Positions 39,141-50,987 of a stretch of 64,000 bases of DNA are shown one piece after another. The position numbers were made by a program, and so were the translations under genes. The stretch covers positions 50,876-114,875 of the forward strand of contig CAVUEK010000004.1 of NCBI GenBank assembly GCA_963740495.1, given 5' to 3'. Numbering within the stretch: position 1 is the first letter of the stretch; every line of letters starts with the position of its first letter. Source of the DNA: an uncultured delta proteobacterium (lineage in GTDB: Bacteria > Myxococcota_A > Polyangia > Polyangiales > CAVUEK01). Under the pieces are notes generated by a model. That model did not search any database. It saw only the letters and a program-made list of their open reading frames with translations, and had not been told where the DNA came from.

Positions 39141-40397
39141 GTGACCGCCGAGCGCCCGCTCCTCGTCTTCGTGAGCGACATCCATCTCACCGACGCGCTG
39201 CATGGCGCGGCCATACCGCGCGCCGACACGTTTCAGCGCTTTTGGGTCCGAATACAGGCCGCTCGCGGGACGAGGCCGGCGGTCTTGTGCTTCGTCGGGG
39301 ATCTGTTCGACCTCGTCCGCTCGCCGATGTGGTTCGACTCGGCGCACCGCCCGTACCACGAACCGTCGGCCGGGATGGTCGAGGTGATCGACCGCATCGT
39401 CGACGGGATACTCGAGCGCGAGAAGCCGTTCTTCGACGCGATCAGGGCGGGCGTCGAGAGCGGCGCCCTCTCGATCGAGTACGTCCTCGGCAATCACGAC
39501 CGGTTGCTCGCGTTCGCGCCGAAGTCGCGACGGAAGGTGTGGCGTGCGCTCACGGGGCAGGACCGCGAGATCGATCTCGGTCGCGTGCTCGAGTTCCCCG
39601 AGCACGGCGTGCTGGCCTATCACGGCAACATCAGCGACGCGTTCAACTACGACGAGGAAGGCGGTGCGACCATCGGCGACGCGATCGGGAGCGAGCTCAT
39701 CACTCGGTTTCCTCGCTCGATGAAGCTCCTCGTGAAGGAGGATCATCCGGAGCTCGACGACATCGACGACGTGCGGCCCGTGTACGCGGTCCCCGCGTGG
39801 GTGCGGCAGCTCGGCGTGCTCCGCCCGGAGATCCTCCGGCCGGTCAACGAGACCTGGGTCGGGCTCGTCGAGTCGTTCTTGTCGCGGCCGTTCGTCAAGG
39901 CGTGGATGAAGGAGAAAAAGGGCGGGCTCTTCGGCTTCGACGCCGGGACGAAGCTGCGCCTCATGCTCGAGCTCTCGACGAAGAAGATCATCGTGAAGGG
40001 AAGCGACCGACGATTGACCGAGCTCTACAAGATCCTCCAGCACGGCTTCGACGGCCGGATGGCGAAGCACGCCGCCGAGGAGCTGTCGCGCAAGGCGGGG
40101 TTCCGCTACGTCGTCAATGGCCATTCGCATTTCGCGAACATGGTGCCGCTCGGGAGCGCGGACGGCCGGCCGGCGGTGTACTTCAACACCGGCACGTGGC
40201 GGAGCGTGCACCAGATCGGGCACGGCATCGGCGGCCGGCCGACGTTCCTGCCGTACGACGCGATGAGCTATCTCGTCTTCTTCCCGGACGGCGACGAGCT
40301 GGGACGTGACTACGAGTGGTGGAACGGCGCGCTCGTGACGCGCGAGCACACGGCGCACGCCCAGCACATGGCTCAGCTCTCGAGCTCGAACCGGTAG
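39141..40397 (+). CDS. calcineurin-like metallophosphoesterase
   Basis: GTG at 39141. [32 protein letters not shown] and VVNGHSHF form the D-x-H / GD / GNHD / GHxH motif set. A ~150-aa insert separates motifs III and IV. The upstream part of the track ORF is antisense to proS. Confidence 0.75.
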   Translation: MTAERPLLVFVSDIHLTDALHGAAIPRADTFQRFWVRIQAARGTRPAVLCFVGDLFDLVRSPMWFDSAHRPYHEPSAGMVEVIDRIVDGILEREKPFFDAIRAGVESGALSIEYVLGNHDRLLAFAPKSRRKVWRALTGQDREIDLGRVLEFPEHGVLAYHGNISDAFNYDEEGGATIGDAIGSELITRFPRSMKLLVKEDHPELDDIDDVRPVYAVPAWVRQLGVLRPEILRPVNETWVGLVESFLSRPFVKAWMKEKKGGLFGFDAGTKLRLMLELSTKKIIVKGSDRRLTELYKILQHGFDGRMAKHAAEELSRKAGFRYVVNGHSHFANMVPLGSADGRPAVYFNTGTWRSVHQIGHGIGGRPTFLPYDAMSYLVFFPDGDELGRDYEWWNGALVTREHTAHAQHMAQLSSSNR

Positions 40398-40621
40398 TCT
40401 TCGATGACGGGGTTCGCGAGGAGCTTTTCGCACATCTTCCGGAGCTCCTCCTCGCTGGCGCCGGCGCCGGTGGCCGATGGACCGAGATCGATCTCGATGA
40501 GCTTTCCGACGCGAACGTCGGAGACGCCGTCGAAGCCGAGGGACGTGAGCGCGCGTCGCACGGCGTCCCCCTGCGGGTCGAGCACCTCGCGCTTGAGCGT
40601 GACGTAGACGCGTGCCTTCAC
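40373..40621 (-). CDS. purS: phosphoribosylformylglycinamidine synthase subunit PurS
   Basis: From the GTG at 40621: [46 protein letters not shown]...[17 protein letters not shown], 82 aa. Confidence 0.92.
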   Translation of the reverse strand: MKARVYVTLKREVLDPQGDAVRRALTSLGFDGVSDVRVGKLIEIDLGPSATGAGASEEELRKMCEKLLANPVIEDYRFELES

Positions 40622-41592
40622 GACTTCACCCCGAGGTTCTTGGCGATCCTCGCGACGGGCGCTTCGAGGTCGGGCACGAACGGTTCTCCGCGGATCGCGT
40701 CGCACGCTTCGATGTAGCGCCGCGATGCCTCGATGCGGACGTCGTCGGGAATCGCAGGGGAGGGCCCGTCGCCCGAGTAGCCCGCTTGCTTGAGCCACCT
40801 CCGCACGTACTCTTTGTCGAAGCTCTCGGGGTCTTCTCCGGTGGCGAATCGCTCCTCGTAGCTCTTCGCGTACCAGAAGCGCGACGAATCGGGCGTGTGG
40901 ATCTCGTCGATGACCACGATCTCGCCGTCGGGCGTCTTGCCGAGCTCGTACTTCGTGTCGACGAGGATGAGCCCACGCTTCGCGCAGATCTCCTGGCCGC
41001 GGCGGAAGAGCGCCATCGCGTATCGATGCGGCCTCGTCGAAGTCGCTCGCGGTGACGCGTCCCATCGCCAGGATCTCCTCGCGCGACGCGCTCACGTCGT
41101 GATCGCCCTTGGGCGCCTTGGTGCTCGGCGTGAGGATCGGCTCGGGGAGGCGCTGGTGCTTCTTCAGTCCGTCCGGGAAGCCGGTGCCCGCAGAAGACGC
41201 GCTCGCCGCGCTCGTAGTGGGTCCAGATGCTGGTCGATGTGACGCCCGTCACGTACGCGCGCATCGACGAGCTCGACCTCGAGCGGCACGCATTCGACGC
41301 CGACCATCACGTTCGGGTCGGGGACGTCGAGCAGATGGTTCGGCGCGACGTCGCGCGTCTGTTCGAACCACCATGCCGCGAGCCCGTTCAGGACCTGCCC
41401 CTTGAACGGGAGGGTGCCGAGCACGCGATCGAACGCGCTGATGCGGTCGGTCACGACGATGATCCGTCGCCCGTCGTTGGTCGTGTAGTTGTCGCGGACC
41501 TTTCCCTCGTACAGCTCGCCGAGGCCCGCGAAGCGCGTGCCGTCGAGCGTGAGATCCAGGCCGCGCCGAAGGGTCGCTTCGTCCACCGTCAT
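40618..41592 (-). pseudogene. purC: phosphoribosylaminoimidazole-succinocarboxamide (SAICAR) synthase, frameshifted
   Basis: MTVDEATL...[41 protein letters not shown], and [34 protein letters not shown]...DKEYVRRWL lie in different minus frames. The stop overlaps the purS start. Confidence 0.9.
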
Positions 41593-42906
41593 TTCGTCTT
41601 CGCCTCCTCGAGAGCTCTGTCGATGATGTGGTCCACGTGCGCGAGCGCGTGCTCGAGCTCGAAGAGCCTCGCGGATCGCATGCTGCGTGAGGCGGCTCGA
41701 GACCTCGGGATCGGCCGCGAGCAGCTCGTCGAAACGACCCTCGCCCCGAAACGCCTTCATCGCGTTCCGCTGGACGAGCACGTACGCCTCTTGTCGCCCG
41801 AGGCCCGTGCCGACGAGCGCGAGCAGCACGCCTTCGCTCGCCCAGAGGCCGCGCGTGCGGCTCGAGGTTCTCTTCGAGGCGCTCGGGGTAGACGACGAGG
41901 CTCGAGACGAGCCGTGTGGCCCGGTCGAGCATGAACGCGAGCGTCGTCGTCGCGTCGGGAGCGATCATCCGCTCGACCGACGAATGGCTGATGTCGCGCT
42001 CGTGCCACAGCGCGACGTCCTCGAGCGCGGGCACCACGGCGGCGCGGACGATGCGCGCGAGGCCGGCAGAGGTTCTCGCTCGCGATCGGGTTGCGCTTGT
42101 GGGGCATCGCGCTCGAGCCCTTCTGGCCCTTCGTGAACGCCTCCTCCGCCTCGCCCACCTCGGTGCGCTGCCAGTGGCGCACGTTCGTCGCGAGCCGCTC
42201 GATCCCCGCGGCGAAGAGCGCGAGCGCGGAGAAAAACGCCGCATGACGATCGCGCGCGACGACCTGGGTGGCGACCGTCTCGGGTCGAAGGCCGAGGCAG
42301 CGCGAGCGCGCGCGCTCGATGTCCGGCGTCAGGTGCGCGTACGTCCCGACCGCGCCCGCGATCTTGCCGACGGCGATCTCCTCGCGCGCGGCGGCGAGCC
42401 TGCGACGACCGCGCACGAGCTCGGCGAGGTGACCGGCGAGGACGAGCGCCGAATGTGACCGGCTCGGCGTGGATGCCGTGCGAGCGGCCGATGGCGGGCG
42501 TGCGCCGGTGCTCTTCGACGCGACGAGCGAGCGCGTCTGCGAGCGCGTCCGTGCGTGACGAGGATCGCGTCGGCCGCGTCGCGGAGCAGAAGCGCGAGCG
42601 AAGTGTCGAGCACGTCCGACGACGTCATCCCGCGGTGGAGCCATCGCGCGGGCTCGCCGCGCGAGCTCCTCCACGTGCGTGAGGAAGGCGATGACGTCGT
42701 GCTTGGTCGTCTGCTCGATCTCGTCGATGCGGCGTGGGTCCAGCGCGTCGGCAAACGGCTGCACCTTCGCCGCGGTTCCCGGAGGGACCACCCCGGCCTC
42801 TTCCATCGCCTCGCAGGCGGCGAGCTCGACCCGCAGCCAGGTCCGAACCTTCGTGGCCTCGGACCACAGCTTCGGCGAAGTCCTCCGGGGTGTACCGCGG
42901 GATCAT
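41589..42906 (-). pseudogene. purB: adenylosuccinate lyase, multiple frameshifts
   Basis: [95 protein letters not shown] and [15 protein letters not shown] (the lyase signature) are scattered over three frames. The stop overlaps the purC ATG (ATGA). Confidence 0.9.
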
Positions 42907-42991
42907 CGCGGGTCGCGAACGTAGCAGACCCCCGAGCCTCCGTGAATGCCGGTGGCGGGCGCCCGTGAGCGCCTTGGAGTATGGTGCGCGC

Positions 42992-43756
42992 GTGTCGAAG
43001 ACCAAGAGGGTCCTCCGGGTGCTCGCGTGGATCGGGGGCGTTCTCGGGGCTCTCGCCGTCGTCCTCGGCATCACGCTCGCCATCCTTCACGAGCCGCGTC
43101 CGAGCGGGACGAGCGGGGCCGCGGCGGAGGCGCTCGGTCACCGGATCGAGCAGGCGGTGGGCCGCGACGCGTGGGAGCGCACCGGCGCGGTTCGTTTCGA
43201 GTGGAACGGCCGCCACGAGCACCTCTGGGACCTCGAACGCAACTTCTCCCGGGTGCGGTGGGACGACATCGAGGTGCTTCAGCGCCTCGACCGGCGCGAC
43301 GGGATCGCGTTCGAGAACGGTCATCGCGTCGGCGAAGAGCGCCGCGTCGAGCTCGTAGAAGAGGCGTGGGAGCTCTTCTGCAACGACACGTTTTGGCTGA
43401 ATCCACTCGTGAAGCTCTTCGACGACGGGACGACTCGCTCGATCGTCACGCTCGACGACGGGCGGAAGGGCCTCTTCGTCGCCTATGCATCGGGGGGCGT
43501 CACACCGGGCGACGCGTATCTGTGGGTGCCGGGCCACGACGATCTTCCGGTCGAGGTTCGGATGTGGGTCTCGGTCTTCCCGATCGGCGGCGTTCGCGTG
43601 ACCTGGGACGATTGGATCACGCTGCCTACCGGCGCCAAGGTGGCGACGCGCCACCAGATCGGTCCGTTCTCGGTCGAGCTCGACGACGTCGAGGCGGCGG
43701 CGACGTTGGCAGAGCTCGAGCCCGGCCCCGATCCGTTCGCGGCGCTCCTCAGGTGA
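42992..43756 (+). CDS. hypothetical membrane-anchored protein
   Basis: GTG at 42992. N-terminal anchor VLRVLAWIGGVLGALAVVLGITLAIL, then a ~220-aa soluble domain. The stop overlaps the next start (GTGA). No family recognised. Confidence 0.55.
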   Translation: MSKTKRVLRVLAWIGGVLGALAVVLGITLAILHEPRPSGTSGAAAEALGHRIEQAVGRDAWERTGAVRFEWNGRHEHLWDLERNFSRVRWDDIEVLQRLDRRDGIAFENGHRVGEERRVELVEEAWELFCNDTFWLNPLVKLFDDGTTRSIVTLDDGRKGLFVAYASGGVTPGDAYLWVPGHDDLPVEVRMWVSVFPIGGVRVTWDDWITLPTGAKVATRHQIGPFSVELDDVEAAATLAELEPGPDPFAALLR

Positions 43757-44346
43757 CGCCGATGCCCGGCGCTCCGAGACTCGATGACCTTCGGCGAGCG
43801 CTTCGCGAGCGCGCTCTCGGAACGGAGCCGGGCGCGAACGTCGCGGCCGCGGTGGCGGCGGTGCTTCGGCCGTCGGGCGAAGACACCGAGGTGCTGCTCA
43901 TCCGGCGCGCGGAGCGCGAGGACGATCCGTGGTCGGGGCACATGGCGTTTCCGGGCGGGCGTCGCGACGGCGAAGATCGCGATCTGCTCGAGACCGCGAC
44001 GCGCGAGACGCGCGAGGAGGTGGGGCTCTCGCTCGACTCGAGCGCGACGTTCCTCGGGCGCCTGCCCGACGTCCCGGCCGTCGGACGCGGCAGGCTGCTC
44101 GGCATCTACATCCGGCCGTTCGTCTTCGAGCTCGTCGGCGAGGCGCCGCTCCGTACGAACGAAGAGGTGGCCGAAGCCCTCTGGGCACCGATCGGGCCGA
44201 TGCTCCGCGGCGAGATCGACGCGGTCCGCCCCGTGGAGCACGAGGGTGTCACATACCGAATGCCTGCGTTCGACGTCGAGGGCCGAATCGTCTGGGGCCT
44301 GACCTACCGGATGCTCGAGCTGCTCCTCGACATCATCCGGGAGTAG
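43753..44346 (+). CDS. NUDIX hydrolase (CoA pyrophosphatase-like)
   Basis: VLLIRRAEREDDPWSGHMAFPGGRRDGEDRDLLETATRETREEVGL is a Nudix box in the NudL-type context. The start is the GTG at 43753 or the ATG at 43762. Confidence 0.8.
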   Translation: MTPMPGAPRLDDLRRALRERALGTEPGANVAAAVAAVLRPSGEDTEVLLIRRAEREDDPWSGHMAFPGGRRDGEDRDLLETATRETREEVGLSLDSSATFLGRLPDVPAVGRGRLLGIYIRPFVFELVGEAPLRTNEEVAEALWAPIGPMLRGEIDAVRPVEHEGVTYRMPAFDVEGRIVWGLTYRMLELLLDIIRE

Positions 44347-44362
44347 CTCTACAAACCGCGCC

Positions 44363-44686
44363 ATGGACGACAAGCGCTACCGCGAGATCGCCTTTCGCAC
44401 GCTTCGCGAGGTCGAGGCGATGTTCGACGATGTCGACGCCGAGGACGCCGACATCGACGGCGCGGGAGACGTGCTCACGATCCGGTTCCGCGACGCGAGC
44501 CGCTGCGTCGTGAACACGCAGAGCCCCGTACATCAGATCTGGCTCGCGGGCGGCGGGCGCGGTTGGCACTTCTCGTGGGACGACGAGAAGGCGGTGTGGC
44601 TCGACGACCGCGGCGAGGGTGACGAGCTCTTCGAGGTGCTTCGTCGGATCGCCCGAGACTCGGGCGTGGAGCTCGGGCGGGGATGA
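44363..44686 (+). CDS. cyaY: iron donor protein CyaY (frataxin homologue)
   Basis: YREIAFRTLREVEAMFDDVDAEDADIDGAGDVLTIRFRDASRCVVNTQSPVHQIWLAGGGRGWHFSWD, 107 aa. Confidence 0.88.
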   Translation: MDDKRYREIAFRTLREVEAMFDDVDAEDADIDGAGDVLTIRFRDASRCVVNTQSPVHQIWLAGGGRGWHFSWDDEKAVWLDDRGEGDELFEVLRRIARDSGVELGRG

Positions 44687-45693
44687 TGCGCGCCCTCGCG
44701 CTCGAAGAGCCGCGACGGATCGAAGAGAGACCGCTCGTCCTCGAGGAACGCGATCCGCCACGGCCCGGGCCGGGCGAGGTGCTGGTGCGCGTGCGCGCCT
44801 GCGGGGTGTGCCGCACCGATCTGCATGTCGTGGAAGGCGACCTTCCGGTCCGCAGGCCGCGCGTCGTGCCCGGCCACCAGATCGTGGGTGTGATCGAGCA
44901 GCTCGGCGAGGGCACCATGGGCCCGCCCGTCGGTACACGGGTCGGCGTCGCGTGGCTCCATCGCACGTGTGGACGCTGCGCATACTGTGCGTCCGGGCGC
45001 GAGAACCTCTGCGACGCGCCCGACTTCACCGGCTGGACGGTCGACGGCGGCTTCGCGGAGCTCGCGATCGCGGACGCGCGGTTCGTCTATCCACTGCCGG
45101 ACGCGTACGGCGATCTCGAGGTCGCGCCGCTCCTCTGCGCGGGCATCATTGGCTACCGCTGCTTGCGCTTCACCGCGATCGAACGGTGGGCGGGAGCGCG
45201 GCTCGGCATCTACGGCTTCGGCGCGGCCGGGCACGTCTGCATTCAGATCGCGCGCGCCCGCGGCGCCGATGTCTACGTCATGACGCGAGACGCCGAACGG
45301 CACGCGGCGCTCGCGACCGAGCTCGGCGCTGCGTGGACGGGGCGTGCGACCGATCGGCCGCCCGTCGCGCTCGACGCGAGCATCGTCTTCGCGCCCGCGG
45401 GGGAGATCGTCCCGCCGGCGCTCACGCACTTGGAGAAGGGCGGGACACTCGTGCTCGGTGGGATCCACATGAGCGACATCCCGTCGTTTCCCTACGCCAG
45501 CATCTACGGCGAGCGCCGGCTCGTCTCGGTCGCCAACAACACGCGCGAGGACGGCCGCGAGCTGCTCGCCGAGGCCGCGCGCATCGGCGTGAAGACGAGC
45601 GTCGAGACGTTCCCGCTCGACGACGCGAACGACGCGCTGAAGAAGCTCGCGACCGATGGCGTCCGTGGCGCCGCGGTGCTGATCGTCCCGTGA
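44683..45693 (+). CDS. zinc-dependent alcohol dehydrogenase family protein
   Basis: The start overlaps the cyaY stop (ATGA). GEVLVRVRACGVCRTDLHVVEGDL, PGHQIVGVI, and structural Zn Cys residues (CGRCAYCASGRENLC). GIYGFGAAGH is the Rossmann motif. Confidence 0.9.
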   Translation: MMRALALEEPRRIEERPLVLEERDPPRPGPGEVLVRVRACGVCRTDLHVVEGDLPVRRPRVVPGHQIVGVIEQLGEGTMGPPVGTRVGVAWLHRTCGRCAYCASGRENLCDAPDFTGWTVDGGFAELAIADARFVYPLPDAYGDLEVAPLLCAGIIGYRCLRFTAIERWAGARLGIYGFGAAGHVCIQIARARGADVYVMTRDAERHAALATELGAAWTGRATDRPPVALDASIVFAPAGEIVPPALTHLEKGGTLVLGGIHMSDIPSFPYASIYGERRLVSVANNTREDGRELLAEAARIGVKTSVETFPLDDANDALKKLATDGVRGAAVLIVP

Positions 45694-45831
45694 TCCCGCG
45701 AGGGCCTCGAGCGTGAGGGCCGTCGGGAAGGTCGGCATTCCCAAGCTCGTACCGGCTTGCGTGGTCAGTCGGCCGAGGGCACCATCGTGGCCCTCTGCGC
45801 TCCCGCGGTACCACGAAACGAAGGAGACTCT

Positions 45832-46842
45832 GTGCACCTCGACTCACGGACAGTGCTGATCGCGTCGCTGCTCGTCGCATGCATCGCCTGCGGGAACGAC
45901 AACCCGCCGCCGCCGCCACCTCCGCCGCCCGGGGTCGTGCCTCCCGTCGTTCCGCCTCAGCCGGTTCTGCCCGGTCAGCCGGGCCAGCCGCCCGGAGGCA
46001 TGCAGAGCAATTTCGGCACCGTCACGCTCACGCCGGGGTTCGTTCCCGACCCGCACACGGTGTCGGGAACGTCGGGCGGCAGCACCGACTCGTCGACGTG
46101 GAATACGTCGTGTCGCGGTTGGGTATCCCCGACGCCCGATCACATTCTCATGTCGAGCGGAAACTTCCCGAACCTGCGCTTGCTGGTGAACGGCGGTGCG
46201 CAGGATCTGACGATCGTCGTGCAGAAGCCGGATGGCACGTATCTCTGCAACGACGACGCCGAAGGTCGGAATCCGATCGTGCAATCGCCCTTCCCCGCAG
46301 GGCAGTACAAGATCTGGATCGGCAGCTACACCGCCGGCGTCAACGCGCCCTACAACCTCGGGTTCTCGGAGCTGATGAGCTCGACCTGCGCCGCGCTCGG
46401 CGATCCCGGCGGCGGAACCGCGCCGGTCGTTCCGACGGCCGGTGGCACGTCGAACTTCGGCACCGTCACGCTCACCCCGGGCTTCGTCCCCGATCCGCAC
46501 GTCGCGACGGGCAACGCCGGCGGCCCGCTCGACGCGACGTCGTGGAACGCGACGTGCCGCGGTTTCGTCACGCAGACGCCTGATCACCTCTTCCAGTCGA
46601 GCGGCAACTTCAGCTTCCTCAAGATCATGGTGAGCTCGACCGAAGACACCACGCTCGTGGTGCAGAAGCCGGACGGCAGCTACGTCTGCAACGACGACAC
46701 CGAGGGCCTGAACCCCGTCGTGACCGGCGCGTTCCCGCCCGGGACGTACCGCATCTGGATCGGCAGCTACCAGGCCGGGCAGAACCCGGCATACCGGCTG
46801 GGCTTCTCGGAGCTCGCCTCCACGTCGACGTCGCAGCTCTAG
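45832..46842 (+). CDS. lipoprotein with two tandem ~150-aa domains (pre-peptidase C-terminal/PPC-like)
   Basis: GTG at 45832 after AAGGAGA. Lipobox LLVACIAC and a poly-Pro linker. The block NFGTVTLTPGFVPDPH...SCRG(W/F)V...PDH...VVQKPDG(T/S)Y(L/V)CNDD.EG.NP.V...P.G.Y(K/R)IWIGSY...Y.LGFSEL occurs twice. Confidence 0.75.
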   Translation: MHLDSRTVLIASLLVACIACGNDNPPPPPPPPPGVVPPVVPPQPVLPGQPGQPPGGMQSNFGTVTLTPGFVPDPHTVSGTSGGSTDSSTWNTSCRGWVSPTPDHILMSSGNFPNLRLLVNGGAQDLTIVVQKPDGTYLCNDDAEGRNPIVQSPFPAGQYKIWIGSYTAGVNAPYNLGFSELMSSTCAALGDPGGGTAPVVPTAGGTSNFGTVTLTPGFVPDPHVATGNAGGPLDATSWNATCRGFVTQTPDHLFQSSGNFSFLKIMVSSTEDTTLVVQKPDGSYVCNDDTEGLNPVVTGAFPPGTYRIWIGSYQAGQNPAYRLGFSELASTSTSQL

Positions 46843-46858
46843 CCTCGTCGAGCGAGGC
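46842..46858. terminator. short GC hairpin between convergent genes (possible bidirectional terminator)
   Basis: GCCTCG-tcgag-CGAGGC spans the 15-nt gap between the two stop codons. No U-tract. Confidence 0.3.
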
Positions 46859-47824
46859 TACGGGCCGATCCGCCCGAGCGTGCTGAACGAGAACGCGTCG
46901 ACGTTGCACTGCCCCGTGGTCGTGTTGCCGACGTTGAGCGTTGCCAGACAGAACATCGTGCCGAGCTCTGCGGCGGACGTCGAGCGCTCTCCCGCGTAGA
47001 GACGGCCACCTTCCCAGTACGCGTTGTTCCCAGCACCGGCGTAGTGGACGTTCGCGGTCCCATCGGGGAAGCCGATGGGCGCGCCGTCGAACCAGAAGGC
47101 CGCGCTGGGCCACCCCGACGGGTCGCCGTTACGCCAGTACTCCATCTCGAGCGAGTGCCAGTTTCCATCGATCACCTGGGCCTCGGTGAGCCCGATCGAC
47201 GTCGGTGATCGCCATGTCCTCTTCGTCGAACCCGAACGAGATGATGCGGTCGCCTTGCTCGAGGAAGAGCCCGCCGAGGTTGGTCCCGAACCCGGGGTCG
47301 CTCCAGCGCGCGAACTTCATGATCGACGTGATGTGTGCGGTGAGCTTGAGGTAGAAGCGCATCCAGATCCGGTCGTAGCCGCCTCCCCACTGGTAGGCGA
47401 ACTGCGCGCCTCCTTCGACCGATGGGTTCGGCGCCCACGTCCGGAGCACCGACCAGGAGCCGTCGGCAGCGGTCGTGTCGTCGCGGGTCACGCCCGACGG
47501 CGTCCCGCCGCTCCAGTCCGTGAAGCCGTCCCACCCCGTCTCGAACGACGCGTTGTCGAGGAGGTCGGGGGTGACGAACGTGTCCCCCGCGTCCGGCAAG
47601 CCGGACCCGGCGTCGTCGCCGGGCGAGAGGCCGGCGTCGTCGCCGGGCGAGACGCCGGCGTCGTCGCCGGGCGAGACCGTGGCGTCGTCGCCACCGGACG
47701 AGGCGCCGTCGCGCGCGGCGCTCGCATCGCGCCCGAGGGTGCCCGGGTCGTCGCTGCAAGCCCAAAGGAGCCCCACCGCGATAGCCCCCGTCGTCCAGCC
47801 CAACGTTCGCATCCCAGCTCTCAT
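46858..47824 (-). pseudogene. secreted lipoprotein with concanavalin-A-like / polysaccharide-lyase-like domain, one frameshift
   Basis: Lipobox GLLWAC, then a (GDDAGxSP)n linker, then DNASFETGWDGF...RIWMRFYLKL...IMKFARW. After a shift near 47180 comes VIDGNWHSLEMEYWRNG...AAFWFDG. The family call is tentative. Confidence 0.5.
47611..47682. repeat. 24-bp tandem repeat, 3 units plus a partial unit, in the lipoprotein linker
   Basis: CGTCGTCGCCGGGCGAGAGGCCGG, CGTCGTCGCCGGGCGAGACGCCGG and CGTCGTCGCCGGGCGAGACCGTGG at 47611, 47635 and 47659. A fourth unit diverges after 10 nt. Confidence 0.9.
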
Positions 47825-47860
47825 GACGCAGCTCCTCGAGAACACTATCGCACGCTCACG

Positions 47861-48848
47861 TCAGAAGCCGAGCTTCGCTTTCGTCCGGTGCGCCACGACG
47901 ACGGAGAAAAGCCACGACTTGATGGCGGCATCGAAGAGGCGGGCCTCGATCTTCGCACGCAGCGGCGGCCGCAAGCGAGGCGTTCGGGCGAGCTCGCGTG
48001 GCGGTGCGGCCCCCTCCTGCTCCGCCTCGAGCCGATTCAAGGACTCGAGCAGCTCGCCCACGGAGAGGACCGAGGTCTGCGCGTCGCCGAAGCACTTGAG
48101 GATGCCTGCGTAGAGCATGTGGTTGTTCATGATGTAGCGGAGCTTTTCGCGGCCGCCGCTCAGCAGCCGCTCGCGGTGGACGGGCGTGCTCGAGCAGGTG
48201 ACCCGAAACGATGCGGCGAGGCGGTCGGTCTCGGTGTCCTGTGTTCGGTGGATCACGTCTCCGCGCATCACGAGCGCATCGCCCACGCCGATCTCCGGTG
48301 AGCAAGCGAAGCGCTCGAGAGGAAACGGCCAACGTGACACGCGGTCCGTGCTGTTGTCCGTCACGACGGTCTCGTCTCCTCGCACCTCGAAGTCGTGGGC
48401 GCCGCCCCGAGCGACCTCTCGGTAGCACGTCGGATTGCTCTTCTGCAGCGCCTCGAAATCGATGACGGAGAGCCCCGTCCTCTTCCGAATCCGGCTTCAC
48501 GAGGGGGACCCAGAAGTTGAGCTGATTGAAGTGCTCTTCGAGCACGTACCAGCTCTCGTGGTCCTGGTGCCACGCGAGATCGACGCTCTTCGACGCGAAG
48601 AACACGCCGTAGTAGAGGAGGTCGACGGCGAGCGTGGTCTCTCTGGTCACATCGTCGGCGACCGCCATGATCCTGTCGCGAAAGTCGGGGAATCGCGAGC
48701 GGGGGAGGAGCTTGGCAGCGTAGTTCTGGTTGCCGCTGTCGGGCAGCGAGTCGTAGATGTCTCTGAGCTGCTGCACCTCGGCCGGTGAGAAGAACGAGGC
48801 CAGGACCACGTACCCCTTCGACTGCAGCTCCGACAGCGACCCGTCCAC
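47861..48848 (-). pseudogene. phytanoyl-CoA dioxygenase (PhyH)-like Fe(II)/2-oxoglutarate oxygenase, frameshifted
   Basis: The N-part LQSKGYVVLASFFSPAEVQQLRDIY...AWHQDHESWY is in ORF 47856-48848. The C-part ...GDALVMRGDVIHRTQ... is in ORF 47861-48385. The H-x-D and distal His context fit the family; the call is moderate. Confidence 0.55.
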
Positions 48849-48921
48849 GCGTCGATCTTCTCCGATCGCGCGGGTCGCGCCAAGTCACGCGGGCCCCCGC
48901 ATGTGCTAAGGACCCCGGGCG

Positions 48922-50942
<2,021 letters not shown>

Positions 50943-50987
50943 CGAAAGGCGTTCGCGCTGGGCACGCGCCCCTCGGCCGGCTCGCGA

